Shown here: one piece after another, positions 19,339 to 28,734 of the stretch | Position numbering within the stretch: the stretch's first letter is position 1 | How the letters are laid out: each line of letters begins with the position of its first letter | Sequence record: MW512570.1 | DNA: 44,363 nucleotides | Strand: one strand, 5' to 3' | DNA from: Clostridioides phage CD1801 | Made by a program: the position numbers and the translations under genes | Notes under the pieces: model-generated | What the model was told of the DNA's origin: nothing | Seen by the model: only the letters and a program-made list of their open reading frames with translations | The model's database searches: none

Positions 19339-19766
19339 TGAGTACAATATTTCCTTTTATAGGTGTCCCAGAAGATTATATCTTGCCTAAAACGGAAGAA
19401 TTGCCAATCTTTCGTGAAGTGGCCTGGGATTTTGAAAAAGATGAACCTATTTTAGAAAATGGAGATTTTAAGATTATTGAAGGCAATGAAGCTATCAAAA
19501 TTTGGGTGTATAAATGCATCAAAACAAATAGATATGAGCATGAAATTTATAGCTGGGGCTATGGAACTGAATTATCTGAACTTATTGGACAGAAATATAG
19601 TAAAGGACTTACAGAAAGTGAAGCTAGTAGATATATAAAAGAGGCTTTATTAGTTAATCAATATATATTAGATGTCAATATCAAGGATACAAAATTTACA
19701 GATGATTTATTAAGTGTAAATATAGAAATTTCGACGATTTATGGGGAGGTAGAAGTTAATGTATAG
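19338..19766 (+). CDS. XkdS-like baseplate protein.
   Basis: Size and order. Start overlaps the previous stop. Confidence 0.45.
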   Translation: MSTIFPFIGVPEDYILPKTEELPIFREVAWDFEKDEPILENGDFKIIEGNEAIKIWVYKCIKTNRYEHEIYSWGYGTELSELIGQKYSKGLTESEASRYIKEALLVNQYILDVNIKDTKFTDDLLSVNIEISTIYGEVEVNV

Positions 19767-20808
19767 TAGTCAAACTTATGATGTCATTAAAAATAGAACT
19801 CTATCAAATATAGATTTAGATATCTATAAGGGTGAGGGTTCTTTTTTAAGTGATATGGTATCTCCAATCAGTACAGAACTCGCAAAATTCTATATAGAAC
19901 TTTCATATCTTCATAAAAAAGCTTTTATTGAAGATAATTTTGATGATTTTCTTGATAAACGGGTAAATGAATTTGGAGTATACAGAAAACTAGGAACAGA
20001 AGCTACAGGAGAAGTGGTATTCGAGGGAAAAGCTGGAACAGTTATACCAAATGGAACAATTATATCTTACAATGAGTTATTATTCGTAGTAATTAAAGAT
20101 ATAGTAATTAGTTCGGAAATCGAACAAAATACAAGCCCCGTACAGGCTTTAGAAATTGGAATTAGATATAATATACCTGCAAGTACTGAATTTAAGCTAC
20201 AAGACGAAATAAACGGTATAAGTAAAATATATAATAATTTAGACTTTAAAGGTGGTACAGAAATAGAAACAGACGAAGAATTAAAAGAGAGATTCTATAA
20301 AATCCAAAGAAATCAAGCTACAAGTGGAAATAAAGCTCACTATGAAGAATGGGCTTTAGAAGTTGAAGGAGTATATAACGCTAAAATCTATCCGAGATGG
20401 GATGGTCCAGGGACGGTAAAGGTATTAATATTTGGAGAAAATAATCAAGCTGTTGACACAGAAGTAATTGAAAGATGCAAAGAACATATTGAGGAAGAAA
20501 TGCCAATAGGTCCTGCATTAACAGTTCTAACTCCAACTATTTTAGATATAAATATAAGTGCATCTATAAAACTAGAAGCAGGTTATACACTAGATTTTGT
20601 AAAAGAAAGCTTCTTAGAAAGCATTAATAGTTACTTAATAAATGTTAATAAAGAAATAATTTATACTAAAGTAAGTGCAATACTTGCAAGTACAGAAGGT
20701 TTACATGACTTTAGTAATTTATTATTAAATAATAAAGCTGGAAATATAGTATTTGAAGAAGACAAAGTACCAAGTGTAACTACTCTAAATTTTAGTGAGG
20801 TGGTTTAA
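19759..20808 (+). CDS. Baseplate J-like protein (XkdT).
   Basis: 349 aa with a Baseplate_J-like N-terminal region. Conserved order. Confidence 0.65.
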   Translation: MYSSQTYDVIKNRTLSNIDLDIYKGEGSFLSDMVSPISTELAKFYIELSYLHKKAFIEDNFDDFLDKRVNEFGVYRKLGTEATGEVVFEGKAGTVIPNGTIISYNELLFVVIKDIVISSEIEQNTSPVQALEIGIRYNIPASTEFKLQDEINGISKIYNNLDFKGGTEIETDEELKERFYKIQRNQATSGNKAHYEEWALEVEGVYNAKIYPRWDGPGTVKVLIFGENNQAVDTEVIERCKEHIEEEMPIGPALTVLTPTILDINISASIKLEAGYTLDFVKESFLESINSYLINVNKEIIYTKVSAILASTEGLHDFSNLLLNNKAGNIVFEEDKVPSVTTLNFSEVV

Positions 20809-21426
20809 TTGAAATTAATTGATAAACTACCTTCTTTTTACAACAATGATGTAACCAGAAAAATACAAGAAGCTTATGACATAGAGCTAGAAACACTTAG
20901 AGAAACATATGACGATACCTTTGATCAATTTTTTGTTGACACAGCAACGTGGGGGCTTGATTATTGGGAAAATATTTTATCTATTAAAAATAGATTTGAT
21001 TTAAGTATAGAAGATAGAAGAAGTAATATAAAAGCAAAAATGAGAGGTAAGGGCACAACTACAATAGAAGTTATAAAAGCTATATCAGAAGCTTATACAA
21101 AGACTAATGTTGATGTAGAAGTATTTAGTAATCTATTTAGTTTTACACTTAGTTTTATAACAAATGATTGTAGTTATAACACTATTTTAGAATTAGATAA
21201 GAAAATAGAAGAAATAAAACCATGTCATCTTGAACACAAATTTGAAATGATTTTATTTAATCAAAATAACATGTTTACAGGTTCTACAATGAATACAGGT
21301 GAAACAGTTACTATATATCCTTACAGTCCAACTGATATAACTTCTTTTGGAGAATTGACTATAACTACAGGTAATGACAGAAGTATGGAAAAAGTAACAT
21401 TATATCCTAGACAGGAGGTGGTATAG
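20809..21426 (+). CDS. XkdU/YmfQ-like tail protein (DUF2313).
   Basis: TTG start. The motif WGLDYWENIL is typical of the family. Confidence 0.5.
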   Translation: MKLIDKLPSFYNNDVTRKIQEAYDIELETLRETYDDTFDQFFVDTATWGLDYWENILSIKNRFDLSIEDRRSNIKAKMRGKGTTTIEVIKAISEAYTKTNVDVEVFSNLFSFTLSFITNDCSYNTILELDKKIEEIKPCHLEHKFEMILFNQNNMFTGSTMNTGETVTIYPYSPTDITSFGELTITTGNDRSMEKVTLYPRQEVV

Positions 21427-21427
21427 G

Positions 21428-22210
21428 TTGGCAGAACAAAAATATTATACACTTTTGACAACGATAGGAAAGGCATCTATTGCAAATGCGACAGCTTTAG
21501 GCAATAAAGTAGATTTAGTTAAATTACAGCTTGGTGACGGAGCAGGGGCAGAATATAATCCAACGGAAGAACAAACTTCTCTAAAAAACGTAGTTTGGGA
21601 AGGTTCTATAAATAATGTAAAGATAGACGAAGAAAATCCAAACTGGATAGTAATAGAAACTGTAATCCCAGGTAGTGTGGGTGGCTTTATGATAAGAGAA
21701 GTAGGGATATTTGATTCAAAAGAACAACTAATTGCAGTATCTAAATATCCAGAAACGTACAAACCAACTGCTGACTCGGGGAGTGTAAAAGACTTAGTTA
21801 TAAAAATTATTTTAGTAGTTTCTAATACTTCAAGTGTAAATTTGAAAGTAGACCCAACAGTAATTTTAGCAACTTTAAAAGACATACAAGACTTAGACAC
21901 TAAAATTGATACAACTAAAACAGAATTAACAAGCAACATAGAAACTGCTAAAACAGAGCTGAACACTAGAATAGGGGATACAACACAACTTACTACAACA
22001 GATAAAACAAATATAGTTAGTGCATTAAATGAGGTAAAAAGTAGTGTAGATAGCATAGAAACAACAGCAGAGAAAACAAGTATAAAAGATGCAGATAATT
22101 TATTTGAAAGTGGCAATGTAGAGGGAGCATTAAAAGAAGTGATGCAAGAAGTAAAAGGTAATAGAAGTAGTATTATATCAACAGTAAATAATAATTTGAT
22201 ACCAATGTAG
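21428..22210 (+). CDS. Tail fibre / tail-collar fibre protein.
   Basis: The N-terminal conserved region (YYTLLTTIGKASIANA...GGFMIREVGIFD) is typical of the phage tail-collar fibre N-domain. Confidence 0.5.
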   Translation: MAEQKYYTLLTTIGKASIANATALGNKVDLVKLQLGDGAGAEYNPTEEQTSLKNVVWEGSINNVKIDEENPNWIVIETVIPGSVGGFMIREVGIFDSKEQLIAVSKYPETYKPTADSGSVKDLVIKIILVVSNTSSVNLKVDPTVILATLKDIQDLDTKIDTTKTELTSNIETAKTELNTRIGDTTQLTTTDKTNIVSALNEVKSSVDSIETTAEKTSIKDADNLFESGNVEGALKEVMQEVKGNRSSIISTVNNNLIPM

Positions 22211-22226
22211 AAAGAGAGGTGAGGAT

Positions 22227-23717
22227 ATGAGACATTATGAAAGAACAACAGAAATGAAAAAGAGAAGAGGAACATATTCTGAAACTGATTTGTATGCATA
22301 TCAACAGGCGTTTAGTTATACTATCGAACCAGACTGGAATTATGTAGGTACCTTTGAACGAAGCAAAATAAAAAATATTTCTATAAATCAAAACACAAAT
22401 ATATTCTTAACCACAAATAATATATATAAAATTCGCTATTCTGATAATAGTAAAACAACTGTAACAGATTTAGAAATGAAACAAATACTTGATATTACAT
22501 TTATAAAAGACCCTGTAATCAATTTAACCTTAAGTGATATTAGCAAGGGTTGTACTATAGATTACAGTATTACAGATAATGAACCTACTCAAAAATTCAT
22601 AGTAACAGAAAAATTAAATAATACTGTTATAGCAACAAAACTCAATTCTATTGGTGGCAACTATAGCATTGTACTTACAGATGAACAGATATTGCCACTA
22701 CAAGTAAACTCGCAAAATAATATCACTATAGAAATTAGTACAGAACAAGGCGGATTAGTTGTAAGTAAGACAGCAACATTTACAAGAATAAATAATAAAC
22801 CAACTGTTTTAGTTAGTTCATATAATTCTAATTCTGCAAAATTTACAGCATCTGATTTAGATAATAATTTAAGTAAAATTGAGTGGTATTTAGATGATGT
22901 ATTAAAAGAAACAATAACAACAGATTTAACAGCAGAGAAAACAATAAACTATGAACTTACAGACAATGCAATACACACATTAAAAATAGTTGCTACAGAT
23001 GCAGAAAATGCAACAGTTGAGAAAGTTTTAAGTATAAGTAAAGAAATAATGCCACTGCAAACAGACGCTAGTTTAAGCGATATATCAACTAAGTTGATAG
23101 AGATTGGAGAAGGGTTTAAGAATGGGAAAACAAGTATTATAAATACTTTAGCATTAAAGAACATAGAAGCAAGTTTGAATAACACACTTGTTGAGTTATC
23201 AGAGAAAATAAAAACAAGTTTTGATAGTTCAGATGCTAGTGTGCAAGATTTGATGAATCAGTTAACACAAGCTAATAATACTATATCACAGTTAAATTCT
23301 AAGTATAAATATGCCAGTGGTACTATTGATGTTGTTAAAAATAGTTCTTTAATGGCTAATTTATATGGAGAGTCCTTTGGTAGACAACCTGGTACTTGGC
23401 TTAAGATTGATAATTTAGGTTTTATTCCTAATATTTTTGTTGCTGAATGTCAATATGTTACTTCTAATAATTATTTTTTTAAACATATTGTTATTGCTAC
23501 TTGTAATATAAATTGGCTTTGGGAAAAAAAAGATTTTTCGGCTAGAATTGTATTTACTAAAGAAAAAAAATCTAATCAAGATTTTAGTGGAAGTGGAATT
23601 ATTTATTCAAATAATGAGCGTGATGTATATATAAATAATAAAGGCATTAATGTTCCTGCAAGCAGTCCCAATGCTTCTGACTACTTACATTCTTGGCATG
23701 CTATAAAATTTATTTAA
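22227..23717 (+). CDS. Tail fibre / receptor-binding protein (variable).
   Basis: 496 aa. Sits after the collar fibre gene. Confidence 0.45.
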   Translation: MRHYERTTEMKKRRGTYSETDLYAYQQAFSYTIEPDWNYVGTFERSKIKNISINQNTNIFLTTNNIYKIRYSDNSKTTVTDLEMKQILDITFIKDPVINLTLSDISKGCTIDYSITDNEPTQKFIVTEKLNNTVIATKLNSIGGNYSIVLTDEQILPLQVNSQNNITIEISTEQGGLVVSKTATFTRINNKPTVLVSSYNSNSAKFTASDLDNNLSKIEWYLDDVLKETITTDLTAEKTINYELTDNAIHTLKIVATDAENATVEKVLSISKEIMPLQTDASLSDISTKLIEIGEGFKNGKTSIINTLALKNIEASLNNTLVELSEKIKTSFDSSDASVQDLMNQLTQANNTISQLNSKYKYASGTIDVVKNSSLMANLYGESFGRQPGTWLKIDNLGFIPNIFVAECQYVTSNNYFFKHIVIATCNINWLWEKKDFSARIVFTKEKKSNQDFSGSGIIYSNNERDVYINNKGINVPASSPNASDYLHSWHAIKFI

Positions 23718-23733
23718 TAAATGAGGTGATAAA

Positions 23734-24027
23734 ATGAATAGAGCAAATAGAATTATATGTGACCAAACAGGAAAAATATTACTCCAAACAGGAGAAGCAA
23801 CAGGGGATATATTAGAGCATGATGAAATAACTGAATTACATTTTGTTGATATTCCGTATGGAAGTGTAGATTATACTAAAAGCAGAATTGTAGGCATAAA
23901 TATAGAAACAAAAGAGCCAATTTTAGAAGAAATGCCAGTATATCTAACAGAAGAAGAAAAGAGAATACAAGAGTTAGAAAATCAATTACTAATTGCAGAA
24001 AATGAAAAGGTAGGAGGAATTTTATAA
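23734..24027 (+). CDS. Hypothetical protein (possible fibre assembly/chaperone).
   Basis: Position only. Confidence 0.3.
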   Translation: MNRANRIICDQTGKILLQTGEATGDILEHDEITELHFVDIPYGSVDYTKSRIVGINIETKEPILEEMPVYLTEEEKRIQELENQLLIAENEKVGGIL

Positions 24028-24209
24028 TGAATATAAATAATGTTGTAGTAAGAATATTGGCAGAGAGAATATTAAACAAAGGATTGAACCCTTTGAAAAA
24101 TCGAGAATTTGAATTAGACGATGTGACTAACACAGAGCACAGAAAAGCAGTAGAGGATTATATAATAGAACATAGTGGAGTAGTAGAAGGAACAGAACCT
24201 ACAAAATAG
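24027..24209 (+). CDS. XkdX-like small protein.
   Basis: Size and position before the lysis genes. Confidence 0.3.
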   Translation: MNINNVVVRILAERILNKGLNPLKNREFELDDVTNTEHRKAVEDYIIEHSGVVEGTEPTK

Positions 24210-24243
24210 GTTCTTTTTTAATACAAAGCATTAGGAGGCTTAC

Positions 24244-24474
24244 ATGAATGAAGAACTTTTAGAAGCAGATTTAAAAAGACATGAAACAAGAATAAATAAG
24301 CATGGAGAAGAAATAGACGAATTAAAGATAGCAAATATAGAGTCTAAAGCAGAGTTAAAAGCACTATGTGAGAACTTAAACTCACTTACAAGTATGTTAA
24401 AGTGGTTGATTGGAACAATGATTACAACCTTGGTAGGGTTCTTTATATTTGCAATACAAAAAGGAATATTTTAA
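24244..24474 (+). CDS. XhlA-like haemolysin/lysis accessory protein.
   Basis: N-terminal coiled coil and a single C-terminal TM segment (LIGTMITTLVGFFIFAI). Sits before the holin gene. Confidence 0.5.
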   Translation: MNEELLEADLKRHETRINKHGEEIDELKIANIESKAELKALCENLNSLTSMLKWLIGTMITTLVGFFIFAIQKGIF

Positions 24475-24489
24475 TCAGGAGGATAAAAA

Positions 24490-24747
24490 ATGGATAATTT
24501 GATAAGTTTTATACCAGAGCAATTACTTTTATTGGTAGTTGCTCTTAATGTATTAGGATTTGGATTTAAGAAATACAAACAGTTAGATAATAAATACATT
24601 CCAATTATATTGCTTGTGCTAGGAATAGTATTTTCAATATGGATGCTAGGATTTAACCCTTCATCAATTTTACAAGGTATTTTATGTTGGGGAGTAGCCA
24701 TAGGAGCAAATCAAGTTTACAAACAACTAAAGGAGGAAAATAAATAA
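24490..24747 (+). CDS. Holin.
   Basis: 85 aa with 2-3 TM helices and a charged C-terminus. Lies immediately upstream of the endolysin, and its stop overlaps the endolysin start. Confidence 0.6.
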   Translation: MDNLISFIPEQLLLLVVALNVLGFGFKKYKQLDNKYIPIILLVLGIVFSIWMLGFNPSSILQGILCWGVAIGANQVYKQLKEENK

Positions 24748-25544
24748 TGAAAATAGCAATAGTACCAGGACACACTTTAAGTGGAAAAGGAACAGGAGCA
24801 GTAGGTTATATAGATGAAGGAAAAGAAAATAGAATTTTAACTGATTTAATTGTTAAATGGTTGAAACAAGGTGGAGCTACTGTATATACTGGAAAGGTAG
24901 ATAAGTCCAATAACTATTTAGCAGAGCAATGTCAAATAGCCAATAAGCAAAATGTAGACTTAGCAGTACAAATCCACTTTAATGCGAACAGTACAACCCT
25001 AAATCCAATGGGTACAGAAACAATATATAAAACTAACAATGGCAAAGTATATGCTGAAAGAGTTAATGATAAATTAGCAACAGTATTTAAAAACAGAGGT
25101 GCAAAATCAGACGTAAGAGGACTTTACTGGCTTAGTCATACAAAAGCTCCAGCAATATTAATAGAAGTGTGCTTCGTAGATAGCAAAGCAGATACAGATT
25201 ATTATATCAGACATAAAGACATAGTTGCTAAATTAATAGCAGAAGGTATATTAAATAAAAATATAAATAATGAGGGAGTTAAACAGATGTACAAACATAC
25301 AATAGTTTATGATGGAGAAGTTGACAAAATCCCTGCAACTGTGGTTGGTTGGGGTTATAATGATGGGAAAATACTGATATGTGATATAAAAGATTACGTA
25401 CCAGGTCAGACGCAAAATCTTTATGTTGTAGGCGGTGGAGCATGTGAGAAGATAGGTTCTATTACTAAAGAAAATTATACTATGATAAAAGGTAATGATA
25501 GATTTGATACCCTTTATAAGGCATTAGATTTTATTAAGAAATAA
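24747..25544 (+). CDS. Endolysin, N-acetylmuramoyl-L-alanine amidase (Amidase_3, CD27L-like).
   Basis: N-terminal MKIAIVPGHT...GAVGY. The region TVFKNRGAKSD...AILIEVCFVDSKAD...IAKLIAEGILNKNIN closely matches the C. difficile phage endolysin CD27L. Confidence 0.85.
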   Translation: MKIAIVPGHTLSGKGTGAVGYIDEGKENRILTDLIVKWLKQGGATVYTGKVDKSNNYLAEQCQIANKQNVDLAVQIHFNANSTTLNPMGTETIYKTNNGKVYAERVNDKLATVFKNRGAKSDVRGLYWLSHTKAPAILIEVCFVDSKADTDYYIRHKDIVAKLIAEGILNKNINNEGVKQMYKHTIVYDGEVDKIPATVVGWGYNDGKILICDIKDYVPGQTQNLYVVGGGACEKIGSITKENYTMIKGNDRFDTLYKALDFIKK

Positions 25545-25548
25545 GTTT

Positions 25549-25596
25549 GCAGAGAGTGGTAACTATTTCATCAGTTACCACTCTCTATTTTTTTAT
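25549..25596 (+). terminator. Rho-independent terminator of the late operon.
   Basis: 14-bp perfect stem AGAGAGTGGTAACT...AGTTACCACTCTCT followed by TTTTTTT. Confidence 0.7.
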
Positions 25597-25780
25597 CCTT
25601 TTTGTTATATTCTCTTTCAAGTGCTGTTTTTTTAAAAACCCATGTCGTTCCGAATTTTTTACAGTCTACACCTTCCACAAATTTTCCATTTCTTATATTA
25701 AGTCTTAACGTACTTTCACCTTTTTTATAAAGTTCACAAGCATCTTTTATAGAGATTAGTTCCTCAAATACATCTTTCAT
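25571..25780 (-). CDS. Small HTH DNA-binding protein (excisionase/MerR-like HTH_17). Candidate regulator of the downstream island.
   Basis: ISIKDACELYKKGESTLRLNIRNGKF...GTTWVFKKTALEREY resembles excisionase-type HTH. Its 3' end is encoded inside the terminator hairpin. Confidence 0.5.
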   Translation of the reverse strand: MKDVFEELISIKDACELYKKGESTLRLNIRNGKFVEGVDCKKFGTTWVFKKTALEREYNKKDKKIESGN

Positions 25781-25837
25781 TTTAACAACTCCTTTTATTT
25801 ATATTATAATCGCAAAAGTTTAAAAAGACAAGAAAAA

Positions 25838-25892
25838 AATAAACGTTTATGTTTAAAAAACTATTGACTTAATAAACGTAAGCGTTTATAAT
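25838..25892 (+). promoter_or_regulatory. Sigma-A-like promoter (TTGACT, 17 nt, TATAAT) with palindromic operator-like sites.
   Basis: TTGACT at 25864-25869 and TATAAT at 25887-25892. The palindrome TAAACG-TAAG-CGTTTA lies in the spacer. The perfect 12-bp palindrome ATAAACGTTTAT lies at 25838-25849. Confidence 0.55.
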
Positions 25893-25928
25893 ATGATTAA
25901 AGAAAGATAAACAAAGGGGGATTTAAAA

Positions 25929-26228
25929 ATGAAAAAAATAACTAAGAAAGAAATTAAAAAGTACGTTAGAGAAGCGGTTAATAACAATTTTAACTGGGAA
26001 ATAAATAAATGTGGGTTTTACATTAAAAATAATGAAATAGAATTTTTTATTTCTTACAAGGGTCAAGGAATAGATGAAAATGTATATAATGATACTTATG
26101 AAGAAATAATTTACATTGAGGATATTATAGAAGAATACAGAAGAAAAGAATACAATTTAGAAGATGTAGATTCTATTGTATATGACAATGTAAATGATAT
26201 GATTAATTGTTATAATGAAGAAAAGTAA
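25929..26228 (+). CDS. Small protein with an acidic C-terminal half (99 aa).
   Basis: ORF with the SD AAAGGGGG. The C-terminus is rich in D and E. Confidence 0.45.
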   Translation: MKKITKKEIKKYVREAVNNNFNWEINKCGFYIKNNEIEFFISYKGQGIDENVYNDTYEEIIYIEDIIEEYRRKEYNLEDVDSIVYDNVNDMINCYNEEK

Positions 26229-26952
26229 TAAAAATAAATACAGTGAGTTTAATCAAATTCACTGTATTTATTTTTACAATAGTAGAATAATATTATTAGT
26301 TCAGGATGTGATAGGCTTGAAAATTGGAGATAAATTCGAAAACCTTACAATACTAGACATAGAACAAAAAAACAGTAGGAAATACTGTCTATGTAAATGT
26401 AAAAATTGTGGCAATGAAAAGTGGATAAGAGCAGATAGTTTAAAAAGAATTAAAGGGTGTGGATGTTTGCAAAAAGAAACACAGTTTAAGCAAAATGATT
26501 TGACAAATAAAAAGTTTGGAAGATTAACAGCACTAAAAAACACTAATAAAAAAGCTAAAAGTGGTCACTATATTTGGATTTGTAAGTGCTCTTGTGGAAA
26601 TGAGATTAAGACAACAGAAAACAATTTAACTACTGGCAGAACTAAATCATGTGGATGTTTGAAAAAGGAATCTAATATAAAAAATGCAAAGATAGCATTA
26701 AAAGTACATAAAGAAAAAAACATTATTGATGATACAAATCTATCTATTATAAAAAAGACAGAAGCATATCCTAATTCAAAAACTAAAATTAGAGGAGTTT
26801 CTTGGAATAAAGAAAAAAGAAAATACTGCGCACAGATAGAATTTAAGAAAACACATTATAATTTAGGATACTATGACAACATAAGAGAAGCAGAAGAAGC
26901 ATACAAAAAAGCCAAAGAAAAATTCTTAAAAGAAATAAACGGAAAAGTTTAA
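26215..26952 (+). CDS. AP2-domain DNA-binding protein with duplicated Cys-rich (Zn-binding) repeats.
   Basis: Two repeats of C.C.C..CGNE...GCGCL.KE, plus a C-terminal AP2-like segment GVSWNKEKRKYCAQIEF...YNLGYYDNIREAEEAY. The true start may be internal. Confidence 0.45.
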   Translation: MKKSNKNKYSEFNQIHCIYFYNSRIILLVQDVIGLKIGDKFENLTILDIEQKNSRKYCLCKCKNCGNEKWIRADSLKRIKGCGCLQKETQFKQNDLTNKKFGRLTALKNTNKKAKSGHYIWICKCSCGNEIKTTENNLTTGRTKSCGCLKKESNIKNAKIALKVHKEKNIIDDTNLSIIKKTEAYPNSKTKIRGVSWNKEKRKYCAQIEFKKTHYNLGYYDNIREAEEAYKKAKEKFLKEINGKV

Positions 26953-26959
26953 AAAACCA

Positions 26960-26988
26960 TTGACTTAATAAACGCAAACGTTTATAAT
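26960..26988 (+). promoter_or_regulatory. Second copy of the same promoter-operator cassette.
   Basis: TTGACTTAATAAACGCAAACGTTTATAAT is near-identical to 25864-25892 over ~60 bp. The palindrome TAAACG-CAAA-CGTTTA lies between -35 and -10. Confidence 0.55.
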
Positions 26989-27028
26989 ATAATTAAAGAA
27001 AGAGATAATCAAGAGGAGGATATAAAAA

Positions 27029-27499
27029 ATGAATAAACAAAAAGCTAGAAGATTTTTAAGAGTTATAGATATGAATATAGATAAAATAGAGGAAGAAGCT
27101 ATAAAAGCTTTTAAAGAAAGTTGTTTAATCAAAGAGACTAATAATATAAAAATTTATATCGATATACAAGGAAAAGTTGAAGCGATAGCAGTTCAAACTT
27201 GGGCTAAACTTTTAGATGATGACAAAGAAATTAATATTTTCACATTAAATCAAACACCAACTCATTTAAACGATATGCTTGGAGAAATTTGTTACGTAAA
27301 CGATTATGAAGAATTTGAAAATTGGTGTGAAAATGAGTGGGAAAATTTGGATTGGGATAGTTATAAAAAATTCAATAAAGAAAATTTCGAAGAAATTGCT
27401 GAAAGAAATATAGATGATTGCGCATCAGTTTTTTTAGAAGAATTACGAGAAGGCATTGAAAGTTGTAAACAAGAATTACAAAATGCAGTTGAAAATTAA
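27029..27499 (+). CDS. Acidic 156-aa protein. Candidate DNA-mimic or anti-defence protein.
   Basis: Strongly acidic, with D/E/W-rich segments such as ENWCENEWENLDWD. Driven by the duplicated operator-controlled promoter. Confidence 0.4.
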   Translation: MNKQKARRFLRVIDMNIDKIEEEAIKAFKESCLIKETNNIKIYIDIQGKVEAIAVQTWAKLLDDDKEINIFTLNQTPTHLNDMLGEICYVNDYEEFENWCENEWENLDWDSYKKFNKENFEEIAERNIDDCASVFLEELREGIESCKQELQNAVEN

Positions 27500-27535
27500 G
27501 TAGAAGAGTATTATTATTAATGTATATAGTATCGC

Positions 27536-27705
27536 TTTTAAGATTAACTACGAGGGATTTAAAATATTTTTTAATTTATTTAGAAATAATATTGTAATAA
27601 GAATTTTAAGATTAACTATGAGGGATTTAAATGTCAATTTAATTTATATAGAAATAATTTAATGGCAATTTTTTAGATTAACTATTTGGAAATAAAAACA
27701 GTGTA
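27536..27705 (+). repeat. Three tandem ~68-bp units with a 29-nt CRISPR-repeat-like core plus a 38-39-nt spacer-like segment.
   Basis: Cores TTTTAAGATTAACTACGAGGGATTTAAAA at 27536-27564, 27604-27632 and 27671 onward. Each is ~72-76% identical to the C. difficile I-B repeat, including the ATTAACTA core and TTTAAAT tail. The spacer-like parts are themselves similar to each other. The third unit is truncated at the terminator. Confidence 0.6.
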
Positions 27706-27728
27706 TTTAATAAATACACTGTTTTTTA
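27696..27728. terminator. Bidirectional rho-independent terminator between convergent genes.
   Basis: Perfect palindrome ACAGTGTATTTAATAAATACACTGT flanked by AAAA and TTTTTT. Confidence 0.7.
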
Positions 27729-27739
27729 ATGCTAAAGAT

Positions 27740-28048
27740 TTAGTCATTATGATAACTTAATCCTTCGATTATAAATCCTACATTCGTCGTCATTTCTGCT
27801 TCATCACTTTGTAATATTCCTTCCGTAAATTCGCTATCGCTTGATAATGTTATTTTTTTCCTTGCCACCATTTCTAAAATTGTTTGAAATAGTTTGATTT
27901 TCATATTCTTATCAAGTCCAGCGTATTGCAAATAGTTTGCCACCTCCTGCGAAAACTTATTTAATTCAGATTTAGTCATTTTTTTAGATAATTCTTTTCC
28001 AATGCTTAAATAAACTTTTTTAGATTGTTCAACATCCATTTTTTTCAA
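27740..28048 (-). CDS. Hypothetical protein.
   Basis: 102-aa ORF with its own RBS (GGGGTTG). Confidence 0.4.
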   Translation of the reverse strand: MKKMDVEQSKKVYLSIGKELSKKMTKSELNKFSQEVANYLQYAGLDKNMKIKLFQTILEMVARKKITLSSDSEFTEGILQSDEAEMTTNVGFIIEGLSYHND

Positions 28049-28288
28049 CCCCTTTTTAGATTATAATTAAATTATATTTTAAAAATGCTAATACTTCAAA
28101 TATAAATATTTTTGTTTAAGTATATAAAACATCAATAACATTACTCAACACACCTTAAAATTGATTTAAATTCTTTTTCATACACAAAGTTATATGATAT
28201 AATAAAAAAGTAAATATGTAACCCCAACACATCTTTACTAAGTCAAACATTATTATATAGAGCATTCTTCATTATGGAGAGTGCTTTT

Positions 28289-28477
28289 TCATTTCTTTGA
28301 ATAATCATGTTGATTATTTATAATATTTTCATTTAATTTATCTTTATCTATCAAATTTAATGCACAATTAATACAAATGTTAGTTTTCATATGACTTTTC
28401 TTATGAAAAGTAATATACTTATTATCATCTTTATTTATTCCTTTATTACAGTAATCACATAATATAGTCTTAGTCAT
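28289..28477 (-). CDS. Small Zn-ribbon protein.
   Basis: Motifs CDYC...CINC. Confidence 0.35.
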   Translation of the reverse strand: MTKTILCDYCNKGINKDDNKYITFHKKSHMKTNICINCALNLIDKDKLNENIINNQHDYSKK

Positions 28478-28734
28478 ATTTTTATTCCTTTCATTTTATA
28501 TTTTCCATAATTAAGTTTAACATATTTAGTATATACCTATGTATATATATTTAAAACAATGTTTTTTATTGCAATATAGAATATATTGTATAAATAAAAA
28601 AAATGGAGAATAGATATTTGATAATTGTAAAATTATGTTATAATTAAAATGCAAGAATAATCTTGTGGAACTACAATCTAAGAGTGGAGCTTCATTTTCT
28701 ACATTCCATCCCTTAAAAGGAAGGAGGTGGAGAA

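Noticed and set aside
21445-22299. A 284-aa minus-strand ORF, plus many other minus-strand ORFs inside the structural operon (for example 11517-11906, 12387-12848, 10729-11202, 15687-16052).
   Set aside because: They are antisense to well-supported plus-strand structural genes. They are hydrophobic with low-complexity translations and have no RBS. They are artefacts of AT-rich sequence.
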